Origin: Patescibacteria group bacterium UBA4664
GTDB taxonomy: Bacteria > Patescibacteriota > Saccharimonadia > CAILAD01 > BJGX01
Direction: 5' to 3'
NCBI GenBank assembly: GCA_943354575.1
Contig: CALRCL010000003.1
Location: 1-39,207, forward strand
DNA length: 39,207 bases
Part shown: piece by piece, positions 25,864-35,212 of the stretch
How the letters are laid out: every line of letters begins with the position of its first letter
Position numbering within the stretch: the stretch's first letter is position 1
Notes under the pieces: generated by a model
What the model saw: the letters and a program-made list of their open reading frames with translations, nothing else
The model's database searches: none
Told to the model about the DNA's origin: nothing
Program-made: the position numbers and the translations under genes

Positions 25864-27186
25864 ATGAAAAAAATGCTCAAAAAAATTGTTCAGCCAATAA
25901 TTCCAAAATCATTCATAAATTTTTTACACTACAGCGAATCGCTGGCTGCGGCCCAGAAGTATAAGCACCCAGGCAACAAGATGATTGTGATTGGGCTGGT
26001 CGGTAGCAAGGGCAAAACCACAACTGCCAATATGCTGTGGTCGATACTCTCAGCCGGTGGATCTAAGGTCGGGCTTATAGGTACCGCCAATATTCGTTAT
26101 GGGCAAAAAGAAGAACTCAATCGTTATCACATGACTATGCCGGGCGCTTTTGTGCTGCAGCGGCTGCTCGCAAAAATGTCGGCTATTAATTGTCAGTATG
26201 TAATTATGGAGGTTCCGTCGGAGGGTCAGACTCAATACCGACATGTTGGTATTAATTTTGATGTATTAATATTTACCAATGTCACCAATGAGCTAATGGC
26301 GGCCCACGACTTTAGCCTCGAAACCCTGCACAAACACAACAAACGCGTCTTTAAGCGACTCGCCCACTCCAAGCGTAAAACTATCGGGCTACAAAAAACA
26401 CCCAAAATAATTGTTGCCAACATCGACAGCAAAGATGCCCCAAACTACCTTCTGTTTCAGGCTGATAAAAAACTAACTTTTGGCACCAAAGCCAGCGCTG
26501 ACTACATTATAAAAGATGTCCAAGATACCCAAAACGGCATCAGCTTCGATATTAACAACACAAGCTATAGGGTTAAGATGCTTGGCAAAATAAATGCCGT
26601 TAACGCTGCTGGAGCTATCGCCACCGCCACCGCCCTTGGAGCAAATAAAAAAGCCATTGCGTTGGGACTCAGCAAGCTACCAACAATCCCGGGCCGCATG
26701 GAAGTTATCGAAGGCAAGCAGCCATTTACTGTGATAGTCGATTACGCCCACGAGCAAGCCAGTATGACCGCACTGATGGACAGTGCGCGCGATATGAAGC
26801 CAAAAGGTGCCAAGGTTATTACTCTTTTGGGCGCCGAAGGTGGCGGGCGCGACAAGGCCAAACGCCCCGAAATGGGCGCAATCTGCGCCAAGGGTTCAGA
26901 TATAATAATACTTAGTAATGTCGACCCCTATGATGACGATCCTATGACAATTCTTGCTGATATCTCTGAAGGGGCGCTTAGCACAGGTGCCGAAAAAAAT
27001 AAGAATATGTTTATTGTCCCCGACCGCCGCGAAGGTATCCGTAAGGCCCTTGAGCTAGCTAGCAAAGACGACTTGGTGCTAATTACCGGCAAAGGTGCCG
27101 AACAGTCGATGGAAATTGGCGGCCAGTCGATAGCTTGGGATGACAGAAAAGTTGTCAGAGAAGAACTGAATAAGTTAGTCGGCTAG
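25864..27186 (+). CDS. murE: UDP-N-acetylmuramyl-tripeptide synthetase (Mur ligase)
   Basis: GSKGKTTT, MEVPSEG..Q.R, FTN, IPGRME, VIVDYAH, GGRD..KRP.MG, ITGKGAE. ATG 25864 is 6 nt after TATAAT. Confidence 0.88.
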   Translation: MKKMLKKIVQPIIPKSFINFLHYSESLAAAQKYKHPGNKMIVIGLVGSKGKTTTANMLWSILSAGGSKVGLIGTANIRYGQKEELNRYHMTMPGAFVLQRLLAKMSAINCQYVIMEVPSEGQTQYRHVGINFDVLIFTNVTNELMAAHDFSLETLHKHNKRVFKRLAHSKRKTIGLQKTPKIIVANIDSKDAPNYLLFQADKKLTFGTKASADYIIKDVQDTQNGISFDINNTSYRVKMLGKINAVNAAGAIATATALGANKKAIALGLSKLPTIPGRMEVIEGKQPFTVIVDYAHEQASMTALMDSARDMKPKGAKVITLLGAEGGGRDKAKRPEMGAICAKGSDIIILSNVDPYDDDPMTILADISEGALSTGAEKNKNMFIVPDRREGIRKALELASKDDLVLITGKGAEQSMEIGGQSIAWDDRKVVREELNKLVG

Positions 27187-27203
27187 GCTTTGTAGGTGCA
27201 GCT

Positions 27204-29666
27204 CTAGGTATATACCGTACTAGGAACATCTCCTCCGTTGAACCTTACAGTGCCGTCAGGATCAATAATGATACTACCAGATGTTATTTCCTTTGAGGCT
27301 TCAACCTTCACATCATGGTAATCAGCAATAGACTCAGCGATATTTTTGCCATAGGTCACTTCTCCCGCCGTTGAGCAAGCTTTCAAAATAACCCTGAATC
27401 GTTTTCCTAAATGCCTTTGATAGTTATTGGATTTTTGGCTATTTGGTAGGCCTAACAGATAGTCGTCGGTGTCAATTCTTTGCCCTTCCGTACCAAGTAA
27501 TATTCCTTCCGGGTTGGCGTGCCCATCTATTACGAAGTTTTCCAGGCCGCTGTCTTCTTCGGGTATTCGACCGTTTGCTCGTTCCCTATTGCCAACAGCC
27601 ACCGCCACCTTTGCCATTTCAGTGCTATCGTTGGCTTCAAAAAAGAAAAGCCCGTCGTCTCCGAATAATTTATGAAAGCTTGAGCCCACGTCATCAACAG
27701 CACCGTTCCAATCGGATCTTGCACCTACAACGATATTTTTTACAGTTAAAGCACCGGATTTCCAGCTGATCAATTGTTCATGTAATAATTCGGGCTGATA
27801 ACGCATAAAATTATAAATGCCAAATGTTTCTACTATTGCCAAAGCCTCTTCGGTGCCAAAACGCTCTACATATGTTGTAAGTGCCTCTGCTTGTTGTGCT
27901 ATACGTTGACCCTGCTCTGCCAGAGTGCCATCAATATCTTCTGGATTCACGCTAGTTCGCATTTCGTCATTTTTATACAATCTTCGCCTTAATGAAGAGT
28001 AGCTAGCCCATGATGCAAACATCTCCTGCGCCAACTGTGGTGGTATGCCAAGACTTTCGAGGCGCTTACTTAGCTCCGGCAAATCTACAATCTTGGGCTT
28101 TGATTCAATATTTATTGAGCTTAATTGTCCAATTTCTCTGGCTGGTCGCCAGTACTCTTGATAGGCCAGCTCTGATTCATGACCAATCTTCCAATCGCTG
28201 CAATATCTTTCGACTGTACTAGGTTCTTTTCTACTCACTTCAAATAGCCCTCTAACCCCAATGTCTTCGATTGTCAGCCCGTATTTTTGAATTTCATCTA
28301 TGGATCTGACTATTTCATTGGCGGTAGTCTCAGGATTTTGGCCATTTAGTATTACCTTTTGTATTTCACGGCGCAGAGAATCGTCCAAGCTCTTGATTGA
28401 TGCTTCTATTATTGAAGCTGCTCGCCCTAATGCAATTGGGTATTCTGCTCTAGCGATATCACTCATAAGAGCTAGGTTTGAATCTGCCGAAACATTGGCC
28501 AGCCTTAGGCCTTCGGCAATATTTTTGGCACGCTCTACTGGATTATCGTTGGCATAAAATTGCGCTGATAATCCCTGTATGTAATCATCAGCTATGCCCT
28601 TGTCATCGCAATATTCTTTCATTATTTTCAGCGAGGCTATGTCCTCTTCCCTAAATCTTGCCAAATCTACTCCGTAGCCAGGATTTAGCAATCTATAGAG
28701 TTCTCGCAAGCCCTTTTGGGGGTCATCCGAACCATACATTGCGTTAGCAGCTTTTAGGGCACTCATAGGGTCTTCAAAGTTTGCAAGTTCTTGTGCAACT
28801 GAGCTTATATCTGGATTAAATTCCTCTTCGGCACTTTTGCGCTGGCCCAAAGATTCAATAGCCAGGCTAAGTGAGGCTAAATAGCGGGCAGACTTTTCTT
28901 TGTCGCCTATTGATATAACTTTTTTTAGTAAAGTTTTGTTATATTCCTGTAGTTCATATTTTTTAATGGCGTCTATGGAGCCTGCCGTTTTAGCCAAATC
29001 ACTACCTCCAGACTCCAATAGTTCCGTCAAAGAACTCTGCTGATCTGCGGCTAGCCAAAACTCGCTAGGTATATCAGCTGCTGAATCAGGGTCTGCAGAC
29101 CTAGTGATTATCCAATCTGTCACAGCTTCACTGACACCCTTAACTTTCAGTTCTTGCCTTAGCTCATCTTGCTTTTGTTGACATAATTTTTCCAACGTTG
29201 TCTTGATGTCACTTTTAGTTTTAGGCTCTAGCTCCACATATTCTAAGACGCGCTCTAAGTGCTGTGAATCTTGTGGCGATGATGATACAAGGTCTTTAGC
29301 GAGATCAAAATGCCCATCTTGGACAAGCTTTACCACGGCTAAATCAAGAGTATAAGTATAGCTGTCATTTATGCGATACGTACTATTGCCTGCTTGGCGC
29401 CTTATTCTGAGATTTCTTAATGCCAACTGTAGCTCATCCTTCGAAGAGGTGGTGCTGGCTTTTTCCAAAATTCCAACCAATTCATCCTCAGGAACATTTT
29501 CTATTCCTAGTCTCTTTAGGCTAGCGCTTGTCTCCTCATTTGCTGCTGGGCCTGTAATGTACTCAGAATTCTGGCCATTTTCTTGAGCAAGAGCTTTTAG
29601 TTCGTCATAAATAGTGCTCGGGCCTTGTTTGGGCCCGTTTTCACCTGATTTTAATTCTTTTGACAT
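27204..29666 (-). CDS. Large hypothetical protein with helical repeats and a C-terminal caspase-fold (C80/DUF4347-like) domain
   Basis: 820-aa ORF; the C-terminus has FVIDGHA.PEGI and VILKACSTAG...IAESIA......V.AS. Confidence 0.7.
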   Translation of the reverse strand: MSKELKSGENGPKQGPSTIYDELKALAQENGQNSEYITGPAANEETSASLKRLGIENVPEDELVGILEKASTTSSKDELQLALRNLRIRRQAGNSTYRINDSYTYTLDLAVVKLVQDGHFDLAKDLVSSSPQDSQHLERVLEYVELEPKTKSDIKTTLEKLCQQKQDELRQELKVKGVSEAVTDWIITRSADPDSAADIPSEFWLAADQQSSLTELLESGGSDLAKTAGSIDAIKKYELQEYNKTLLKKVISIGDKEKSARYLASLSLAIESLGQRKSAEEEFNPDISSVAQELANFEDPMSALKAANAMYGSDDPQKGLRELYRLLNPGYGVDLARFREEDIASLKIMKEYCDDKGIADDYIQGLSAQFYANDNPVERAKNIAEGLRLANVSADSNLALMSDIARAEYPIALGRAASIIEASIKSLDDSLRREIQKVILNGQNPETTANEIVRSIDEIQKYGLTIEDIGVRGLFEVSRKEPSTVERYCSDWKIGHESELAYQEYWRPAREIGQLSSINIESKPKIVDLPELSKRLESLGIPPQLAQEMFASWASYSSLRRRLYKNDEMRTSVNPEDIDGTLAEQGQRIAQQAEALTTYVERFGTEEALAIVETFGIYNFMRYQPELLHEQLISWKSGALTVKNIVVGARSDWNGAVDDVGSSFHKLFGDDGLFFFEANDSTEMAKVAVAVGNRERANGRIPEEDSGLENFVIDGHANPEGILLGTEGQRIDTDDYLLGLPNSQKSNNYQRHLGKRFRVILKACSTAGEVTYGKNIAESIADYHDVKVEASKEITSGSIIIDPDGTVRFNGGDVPSTVYT

Positions 29667-29691
29667 GCTACCAATATTGTAACATAAGGAC

Positions 29692-30561
29692 TTATAATAC
29701 TAATTTTTCCTTCACCGCCACTGGACACAATCCATTGTGCTTCTTGTCGCACTCTTTGCAGCAAATAAACAGCTGGTGGCAATCTGGCTTGGCGCAATCA
29801 ATGTATCGGTCGCTAGATTTTTTACAGTGCGCGCATTTGCTCAGCACCTTCTGGCCACTCTTGCTGTCGCCGTTGGTTGTCATGCGCTCATCAAACACGA
29901 AGTTTTTGCCTATAAAGTAGCCGTCGGGGTATTTTTCGAGGTATTTTACAATCCCGCCTTCTAGCTGGTAGACATCGGTAAAGCCCTCTTCGGCAAGTAA
30001 CGCTGTGGCTTTTTCGCAGCGGATTCCGCCAGTACAGTATGTAACTACTTTTTTATTCTTATCTATCTTCAGGTTCTTGATTTTTTCGGGTAGCTCATAA
30101 AACTTGACCGTGTTGGGCTGTATCGCACCGTCAAACCGCCCAACCTCGTACTCATAATTATTGCGCATATCTACCACCACCATATCTTCGCCCCTTTCAA
30201 AGAGCTGATGCATTGATTTAGGCGTTAGGTATTGGCCGGTTTTTTTCATATCGACCTTTTTACCGAGCGTCACTATCTCGGGCCGGTACTTGACTATCAT
30301 TTTTGGGAAAGGCATTTTACCAGCCGGGGTACGTTTGAATACGATACCTCCAAAGCTCGGGTGGGCGTTCATGTACTCAACATATTGCCTGAGCTCGGAG
30401 CGATGGCCGGCTACGGTACCGTTAATTCCCTCTTCGCTAATTAAAATACGGCCCTTCAAGCCGATGCCAGTACAGACCAGCTTGTGCTGTGTGGTTTCGA
30501 ACTTCGGGTCAGCGATATCTACGAATTTATAATAAAGTAGTACAAAAATGTTATTCGACAT
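29692..30561 (-). CDS. trhO: Rhodanese-domain tRNA hydroxylase TrhO (YceA/UPF0176)
   Basis: YYKF, LKGRILIS.EGINGT, DMRN.YE..VGRF.GA, YCTGGIRCEKA, VYQLEGGI..Y, FVFDER, Cys-rich C-terminus. Confidence 0.9.
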   Translation of the reverse strand: MSNNIFVLLYYKFVDIADPKFETTQHKLVCTGIGLKGRILISEEGINGTVAGHRSELRQYVEYMNAHPSFGGIVFKRTPAGKMPFPKMIVKYRPEIVTLGKKVDMKKTGQYLTPKSMHQLFERGEDMVVVDMRNNYEYEVGRFDGAIQPNTVKFYELPEKIKNLKIDKNKKVVTYCTGGIRCEKATALLAEEGFTDVYQLEGGIVKYLEKYPDGYFIGKNFVFDERMTTNGDSKSGQKVLSKCAHCKKSSDRYIDCAKPDCHQLFICCKECDKKHNGLCPVAVKEKLVL

Positions 30562-30681
30562 AATCCAAAGATTATAGCAATAAATAACTTCTTATTCCAG
30601 GAGAGCATGCTTGCTTTAGATATTGATATCTGGTAAAACTTATAACGATGCTTATCAATATTTCCGACCTAGAGGAGAAGC

Positions 30682-31440
30682 ATGGCACTAGAACTACAAG
30701 ACAGACTGTTCGAACTTCCGGATATCCAGCCGCCCTGTAATTTCAGGAGGGCCCTACTTAAACTTAGCGGTGAAGCCCTCATGGGCAGCCAAGAGTCTGG
30801 CATCGATGCCGATGTCATCAGAAGATTTGCTCAAGAAATTGTGATCGCTCGTCAAGATCTTGATGTAGAGCTAGCCGTGGTGGTAGGTGGCGGCAACTTC
30901 TGGAGAGGCAAGCAGCATCCAGAGATGGACCGCAACCAAGCAGATTTCGCGGGCATGCTGGCAACAGTAATGAACGGGCTTTGCTTGCAAGACCACCTCG
31001 AAAAGCTCAATCAACCAACTCGAGTTATGTCAGCAATTAGTATGGAGAAGGTTGCCGAACCCTACATTCGACGGCGTGCCATCAGGCACCTCGAAAAAGG
31101 TCGGGTTGTAATCTTGGCTGGAGGCACAGGCAACCCGACCTTCACTACCGATACTGCAGCCGCACTACGGTCGGTCGAAATCGAAGCCGAAGTACTGCTG
31201 ATGGCCAAAAATGGTGTCAATGGAGTTTACTCTGCAGACCCCAAAACTAACCCTGACGCAGTTCGCTACAAGGAGCTAACCTACCTTGATATCATCAATG
31301 ATGATCTACAAGTAATGGACCCCACGGCCGCAACCCATGCCATGGAAAACCATATGCCGATTGTTGTTTTCGATGGTTTGCGCGAAGGTGGCCTCGAGGA
31401 AGCCCTCGTCAACCCATATTCGGGAACCGTTATTAAATAG
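30682..31440 (+). CDS. pyrH: Uridylate kinase
   Basis: LLKLSGEAL, VVGGGNFWRG, DFAGMLATVMN, RRAIRHLEKGRVVI..GTGNP.FTTD.AAALR, VMD.TA. Confidence 0.96.
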   Translation: MALELQDRLFELPDIQPPCNFRRALLKLSGEALMGSQESGIDADVIRRFAQEIVIARQDLDVELAVVVGGGNFWRGKQHPEMDRNQADFAGMLATVMNGLCLQDHLEKLNQPTRVMSAISMEKVAEPYIRRRAIRHLEKGRVVILAGGTGNPTFTTDTAAALRSVEIEAEVLLMAKNGVNGVYSADPKTNPDAVRYKELTYLDIINDDLQVMDPTAATHAMENHMPIVVFDGLREGGLEEALVNPYSGTVIK

Positions 31441-31460
31441 CTCTCTCTAGAGAGCTCTAC

Positions 31461-31497
31461 TAGTCGCTTGCAATTACTGCAGGCGACTATTTTATTT
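31461..31497 (+). terminator. Rho-independent terminator after pyrH
   Basis: TAGTCGCTTGCA-ATTAC-TGCAGGCGACTA then TTTTATTT. Confidence 0.8.
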
Positions 31498-31501
31498 ATA
31501 A

Positions 31502-31780
31502 TTAAGATTTACGGCGGCGTTTTTTGATAACGAAAGTTATGAAAGCTATAATAGCTACAAAATAAATTCCGAGCACCAATAGTAGAGCTGAGTCGTTGAG
31601 CACCGCAAAAAATGGCAGGATAAAAAACAACCCGAGCCCTAGCACTAACAATCCGATTACGACATCGCCAAATACTCCGGCTTGGTAATCTTCGTGCGGT
31701 GTTTGGTAGGATTGGTTCTCGTGCTTCTTTTTATGTTCATGCTTGGCGTGGCTGTTTTTGCTCATTTTAAAGTCTTTCAT
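31502..31780 (-). CDS. Small two-TM membrane protein with His/Lys-rich N-terminus
   Basis: SHAKHEHKKKHEN...PHE followed by two hydrophobic helices and KKRRRKS. Confidence 0.75.
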   Translation of the reverse strand: MKDFKMSKNSHAKHEHKKKHENQSYQTPHEDYQAGVFGDVVIGLLVLGLGLFFILPFFAVLNDSALLLVLGIYFVAIIAFITFVIKKRRRKS

Positions 31781-31801
31781 ATTATTTATATTAAATATAT
31801 T

Positions 31802-32770
31802 CTAACTCTTTTTTAGGATTAATTCTATCTCATCAAGGGCCTCTTGTGGCGAGTGAGTCTCCATTAGTTTGGCCCGAACTTTGGCCGAACCGTCGAAGCC
31901 ACTAATATAGAGCTTGAAGAATTTCTTGAGTGGCTCAAATGATTTGCTATCTCCCCAAGTTTTTTGATAGAGGCCAATATGCTCTACCAGGATTCCTAGC
32001 ATCTCGGCTAGGCTGTGCTCAGTTTGGGTTTCGTCGAAAACAAATAAATTTTGAAATACTCCCCGCCCAATCATAACTCCATCGACTCCGGTTTGTTTGG
32101 CTCTATCACTAGCCTCTGCCCTAGTGAGGACATCGCCATTACCAATTATGACTGTATTGGGCGAAATCTCATCGCGCAAAGCGACGGCCTTTTTGACTTC
32201 GTCCCAATGAGCAGGCACTTTGCTCATTTCTTTTTTGGTGCGACCATGCACAATAATGGCATCTAGCTTTTGTTGCAATAAAAACCCAATCCATTTTTCG
32301 GTATCGATAGTGTTAAACCCAATGCGAGTTTTAACACTAACTGGCACCTTACCATTGGCACCCTTAATCGTTGCGGCTATTACCTTGCTGGCTAGTTCGG
32401 GGTTTTGGATCATCGCGCTACAGGCGCCTTTTTTGATCATATCTTTTACGGGGCAGCCCATATTGATATCAATGCCGGCAAAGCCCATGGCAACCAAGTC
32501 TTGAGCCATAGTGAAGTAGTTGTCAGGATTAATACCCCAAATCTGAGCAATTACAGGGCCTTCGCTAGGACTTAAACGCAAGCGTGAGCTGATAGCTTCT
32601 TTACCGGGGCTACAATAGCCGTCGGCATTGGCAAATTCGGTCATCATCAGATCAGCTGGCGCATGCTTGGCGACTATTTGTCTAAAAACCGTGTCTGTTA
32701 CGTCGTCCATCGGCGCCAAAACACAAAATGGTTGTTTAGATTCTTTAAGATTTTGCCAGATGTTATTCAT
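31802..32770 (-). CDS. tRNA-dihydrouridine synthase (Dus family)
   Basis: LAPMDDVTD..FR, TEF, QIWG, IDINMGCP, PVSVKTRIG, VHGRT, IGNGDV, DGVMIGRG. Confidence 0.95.
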   Translation of the reverse strand: MNNIWQNLKESKQPFCVLAPMDDVTDTVFRQIVAKHAPADLMMTEFANADGYCSPGKEAISSRLRLSPSEGPVIAQIWGINPDNYFTMAQDLVAMGFAGIDINMGCPVKDMIKKGACSAMIQNPELASKVIAATIKGANGKVPVSVKTRIGFNTIDTEKWIGFLLQQKLDAIIVHGRTKKEMSKVPAHWDEVKKAVALRDEISPNTVIIGNGDVLTRAEASDRAKQTGVDGVMIGRGVFQNLFVFDETQTEHSLAEMLGILVEHIGLYQKTWGDSKSFEPLKKFFKLYISGFDGSAKVRAKLMETHSPQEALDEIELILKKS

Positions 32771-32781
32771 ATATTTTGGAT

Positions 32782-33594
32782 TTAAAAATGAGAATGCTCT
32801 GAATACTTTTTTAGTATCAGGCTATGGACTATCGTCTTGTCGTCTCCATAGACCTTGCTCTGGTGGGTAAAATGCTCTAGTAGGTCGTTATTGACCGGCT
32901 CATAAATAAACCCCCTCAGACCCTCAACGTTACGACATACCACCACCGCGCCTGCAGGCATAGTATCGCAGATTTGACGCATGATTAGCGGCTTTGGTTT
33001 GGCCAATGCTGCCACAACGATATGGGTATAACCCGAGTAATCATGCTCCGCCGCGTCACAATACCTGATGCTAATTGTCTTATCTAGCCCCAGCTCAGAT
33101 ATAATTTTGGTGGATAGAACAACAGCTTCGGGATTATTGTCTATAATTGTGATTTTACAATTATTCTGTTTGCTATAGGCGATTGCTGTTTCGGGAAACG
33201 GCCCTCCACCAATAAATACAACTTTTGATTCGGGCGTAAAACCAGCTTCTAGGGATTCCTTTTTAGCAAACTCAAAGGTACGGCCGATGAATTGATCCTT
33301 AAGAAAGTCTATTTTGCCAGAAACGATATCGAGGTAGGTGGATGTCTCCAGAAAAACCTCAAACAATTCATAAACGCGTCGAGTTTGGTGAGCTAAATTA
33401 CGAAAGTGTGCAGTATCTAAAAGCTCCTTCGATAGTTCATTGTACTGACGATCACGAGCGATGTTCTCTAACTGTTCTATGAGTGTGGTAAAGTCTTCAC
33501 TCAAAAAAACCGCTGGAGACTTTTCGGCGGCACAGAGCTCGGCGGTGATTGCTTCGATGTCAGATTTAAAATTATTATAAAGGTTATTTTTCAC
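32782..33594 (-). CDS. Nicotianamine synthase (NAS/CntL)-like SAM-dependent aminocarboxypropyltransferase
   Basis: KVVFIGGGPFPETAI (cf. NAS VAFIGSGPLPLT), Y.HIVVAALA.PK, RNVEGLRGFIYEPV (cf. RSA.GLR.FLYP). Confidence 0.8.
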   Translation of the reverse strand: MKNNLYNNFKSDIEAITAELCAAEKSPAVFLSEDFTTLIEQLENIARDRQYNELSKELLDTAHFRNLAHQTRRVYELFEVFLETSTYLDIVSGKIDFLKDQFIGRTFEFAKKESLEAGFTPESKVVFIGGGPFPETAIAYSKQNNCKITIIDNNPEAVVLSTKIISELGLDKTISIRYCDAAEHDYSGYTHIVVAALAKPKPLIMRQICDTMPAGAVVVCRNVEGLRGFIYEPVNNDLLEHFTHQSKVYGDDKTIVHSLILKKYSEHSHF

Positions 33595-33666
33595 CGAAAT
33601 ACCATAGCATAAAAATGCTTATAATTCTAGTCACATTATGGCAATAAAAGCGTTATAATAGTCTGT

Positions 33667-35151
33667 ATGCCAGAAGAAAAACACAAGACTCAGCGCAAGA
33701 ATTCGAAAAAAGAGCAAGATAAGCCAGATTTTGTGTATGACCCCGAAAGTGACGAATTTCAGCAGTCTCGCGAGGCGCTGGCGCTGGAGCTTGACCCAAT
33801 TAAAAGCAATTCTGACAACACCTTATTGGACTCCAAGCTACTCCAAAAGAAAGCCAAGAGGAAAAAAAGAATCAAACGAACAATCATACTTACATTGCTA
33901 TTTTTACTTTTGCTGGGTGCTGGTGTATTTACATACCTAGTCATTAAGGCCGGTAAAATCAGCACCAACCCATTTAACCTCTCTAGTAAGCTCAAGGGTG
34001 AAGACGAAGGGCGCGTCAATATTATGCTGCTTGGGGTTGGCGACCCAGGGCACGAAGGCGAAACGCTGGCCGATACGAATATGGTCATTAGCATCGATAC
34101 CAGAAATAACAAAGTTGCAATGATCAGTATCCCCCGCGACACCAGAGTATATATACCCGGCGAGGGCTACGCAAAAATCAACAATGCCCATGCTATTGGT
34201 GAGAATAAAACACCTCCTCAGGGTATTGAAATAGCCCAAAAAACTATCGAACAAACACTGGATATACCAATACATTATTATGTACGAGCCAACTTCTCAG
34301 GCCTCAAACATGCCGTTGATGCTGTTGGCGGTATTGATATAGATGTCAAAGACGCTCTGTATGACCCCGAGTACCCCTGTGAAAAAAATGAGGGGCGAAG
34401 CTGTGGTTTCAAAATTAGCGCCGGCCAAACTCAGATGGACGGCTCGACGGCACTAAAGTATGCCCGATGCCGCAAGGGCAACTGTGGAGACGACTTTGGT
34501 CGAGCTTTGCGCCAGCAAGAGGTCTTGCAGGCTCTCCGCACCAAAGCCGCTAGTACAAAAACTCTTTCTGACCCCAAAAAACTCAGCGGTCTTATTGAGG
34601 CAGCAGCCAATAACATCAAGACCAATATGAGCCTTTCTGAAATGCAACGGGCTTATGAATTAAGTAAAAAGATATCACCCGAAAATATTATCGATGCAGT
34701 TCTTTCCTTAAACCCCAATGGATTCCTGAAGTCTGATCCCTCAAGCAGTGATTTGCTACCAGCGGCTGGCAACTTTGATGAGATCAAAAAATTCGTCAAA
34801 GACATATTCATCTTTGGTCCAATCTGGGCGGAAGATCCAAAAATAGTGTTGCAAAATGGAACCTCTGTAGTCGGTATCGCTGGGAAGCTAAATATTAAAC
34901 TGACTAATTCTGGAGTGCCTATCACGGTTTTAGAAATCCAAAACTCCGATACCAGAGATTACACCACCAGCGAAATAATTGATTATACTGATGGCAAAAT
35001 GCCCAATACCATTAAGTACCTTGAAGATCTACTCGGAGTTAAGGCTACTCTGTCAGATAAAGCCTCTAGGCCTCCGTCGGGCGAAGACATTACCGTTATT
35101 TTAGGCACCGACTATGCCGATAAAATTACCCAATACGGCACAGCTGACTAG
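33667..35151 (+). CDS. LCP (LytR-CpsA-Psr) family cell-wall glycopolymer ligase with LytR_C domain
   Basis: NIMLLG, DTNMV.S, SIPRDT, KINNA, VDAVGGI, ALKYAR.R, DFGR..RQQ; C-terminal LQNGT...G.A...DITVILG.DY. Confidence 0.93.
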   Translation: MPEEKHKTQRKNSKKEQDKPDFVYDPESDEFQQSREALALELDPIKSNSDNTLLDSKLLQKKAKRKKRIKRTIILTLLFLLLLGAGVFTYLVIKAGKISTNPFNLSSKLKGEDEGRVNIMLLGVGDPGHEGETLADTNMVISIDTRNNKVAMISIPRDTRVYIPGEGYAKINNAHAIGENKTPPQGIEIAQKTIEQTLDIPIHYYVRANFSGLKHAVDAVGGIDIDVKDALYDPEYPCEKNEGRSCGFKISAGQTQMDGSTALKYARCRKGNCGDDFGRALRQQEVLQALRTKAASTKTLSDPKKLSGLIEAAANNIKTNMSLSEMQRAYELSKKISPENIIDAVLSLNPNGFLKSDPSSSDLLPAAGNFDEIKKFVKDIFIFGPIWAEDPKIVLQNGTSVVGIAGKLNIKLTNSGVPITVLEIQNSDTRDYTTSEIIDYTDGKMPNTIKYLEDLLGVKATLSDKASRPPSGEDITVILGTDYADKITQYGTAD

Positions 35152-35212
35152 CGAAGTTAACAAAATAATAGAATTTATTGTATAATCAGCTTAATTAACA
35201 AGGAGTTTTACA

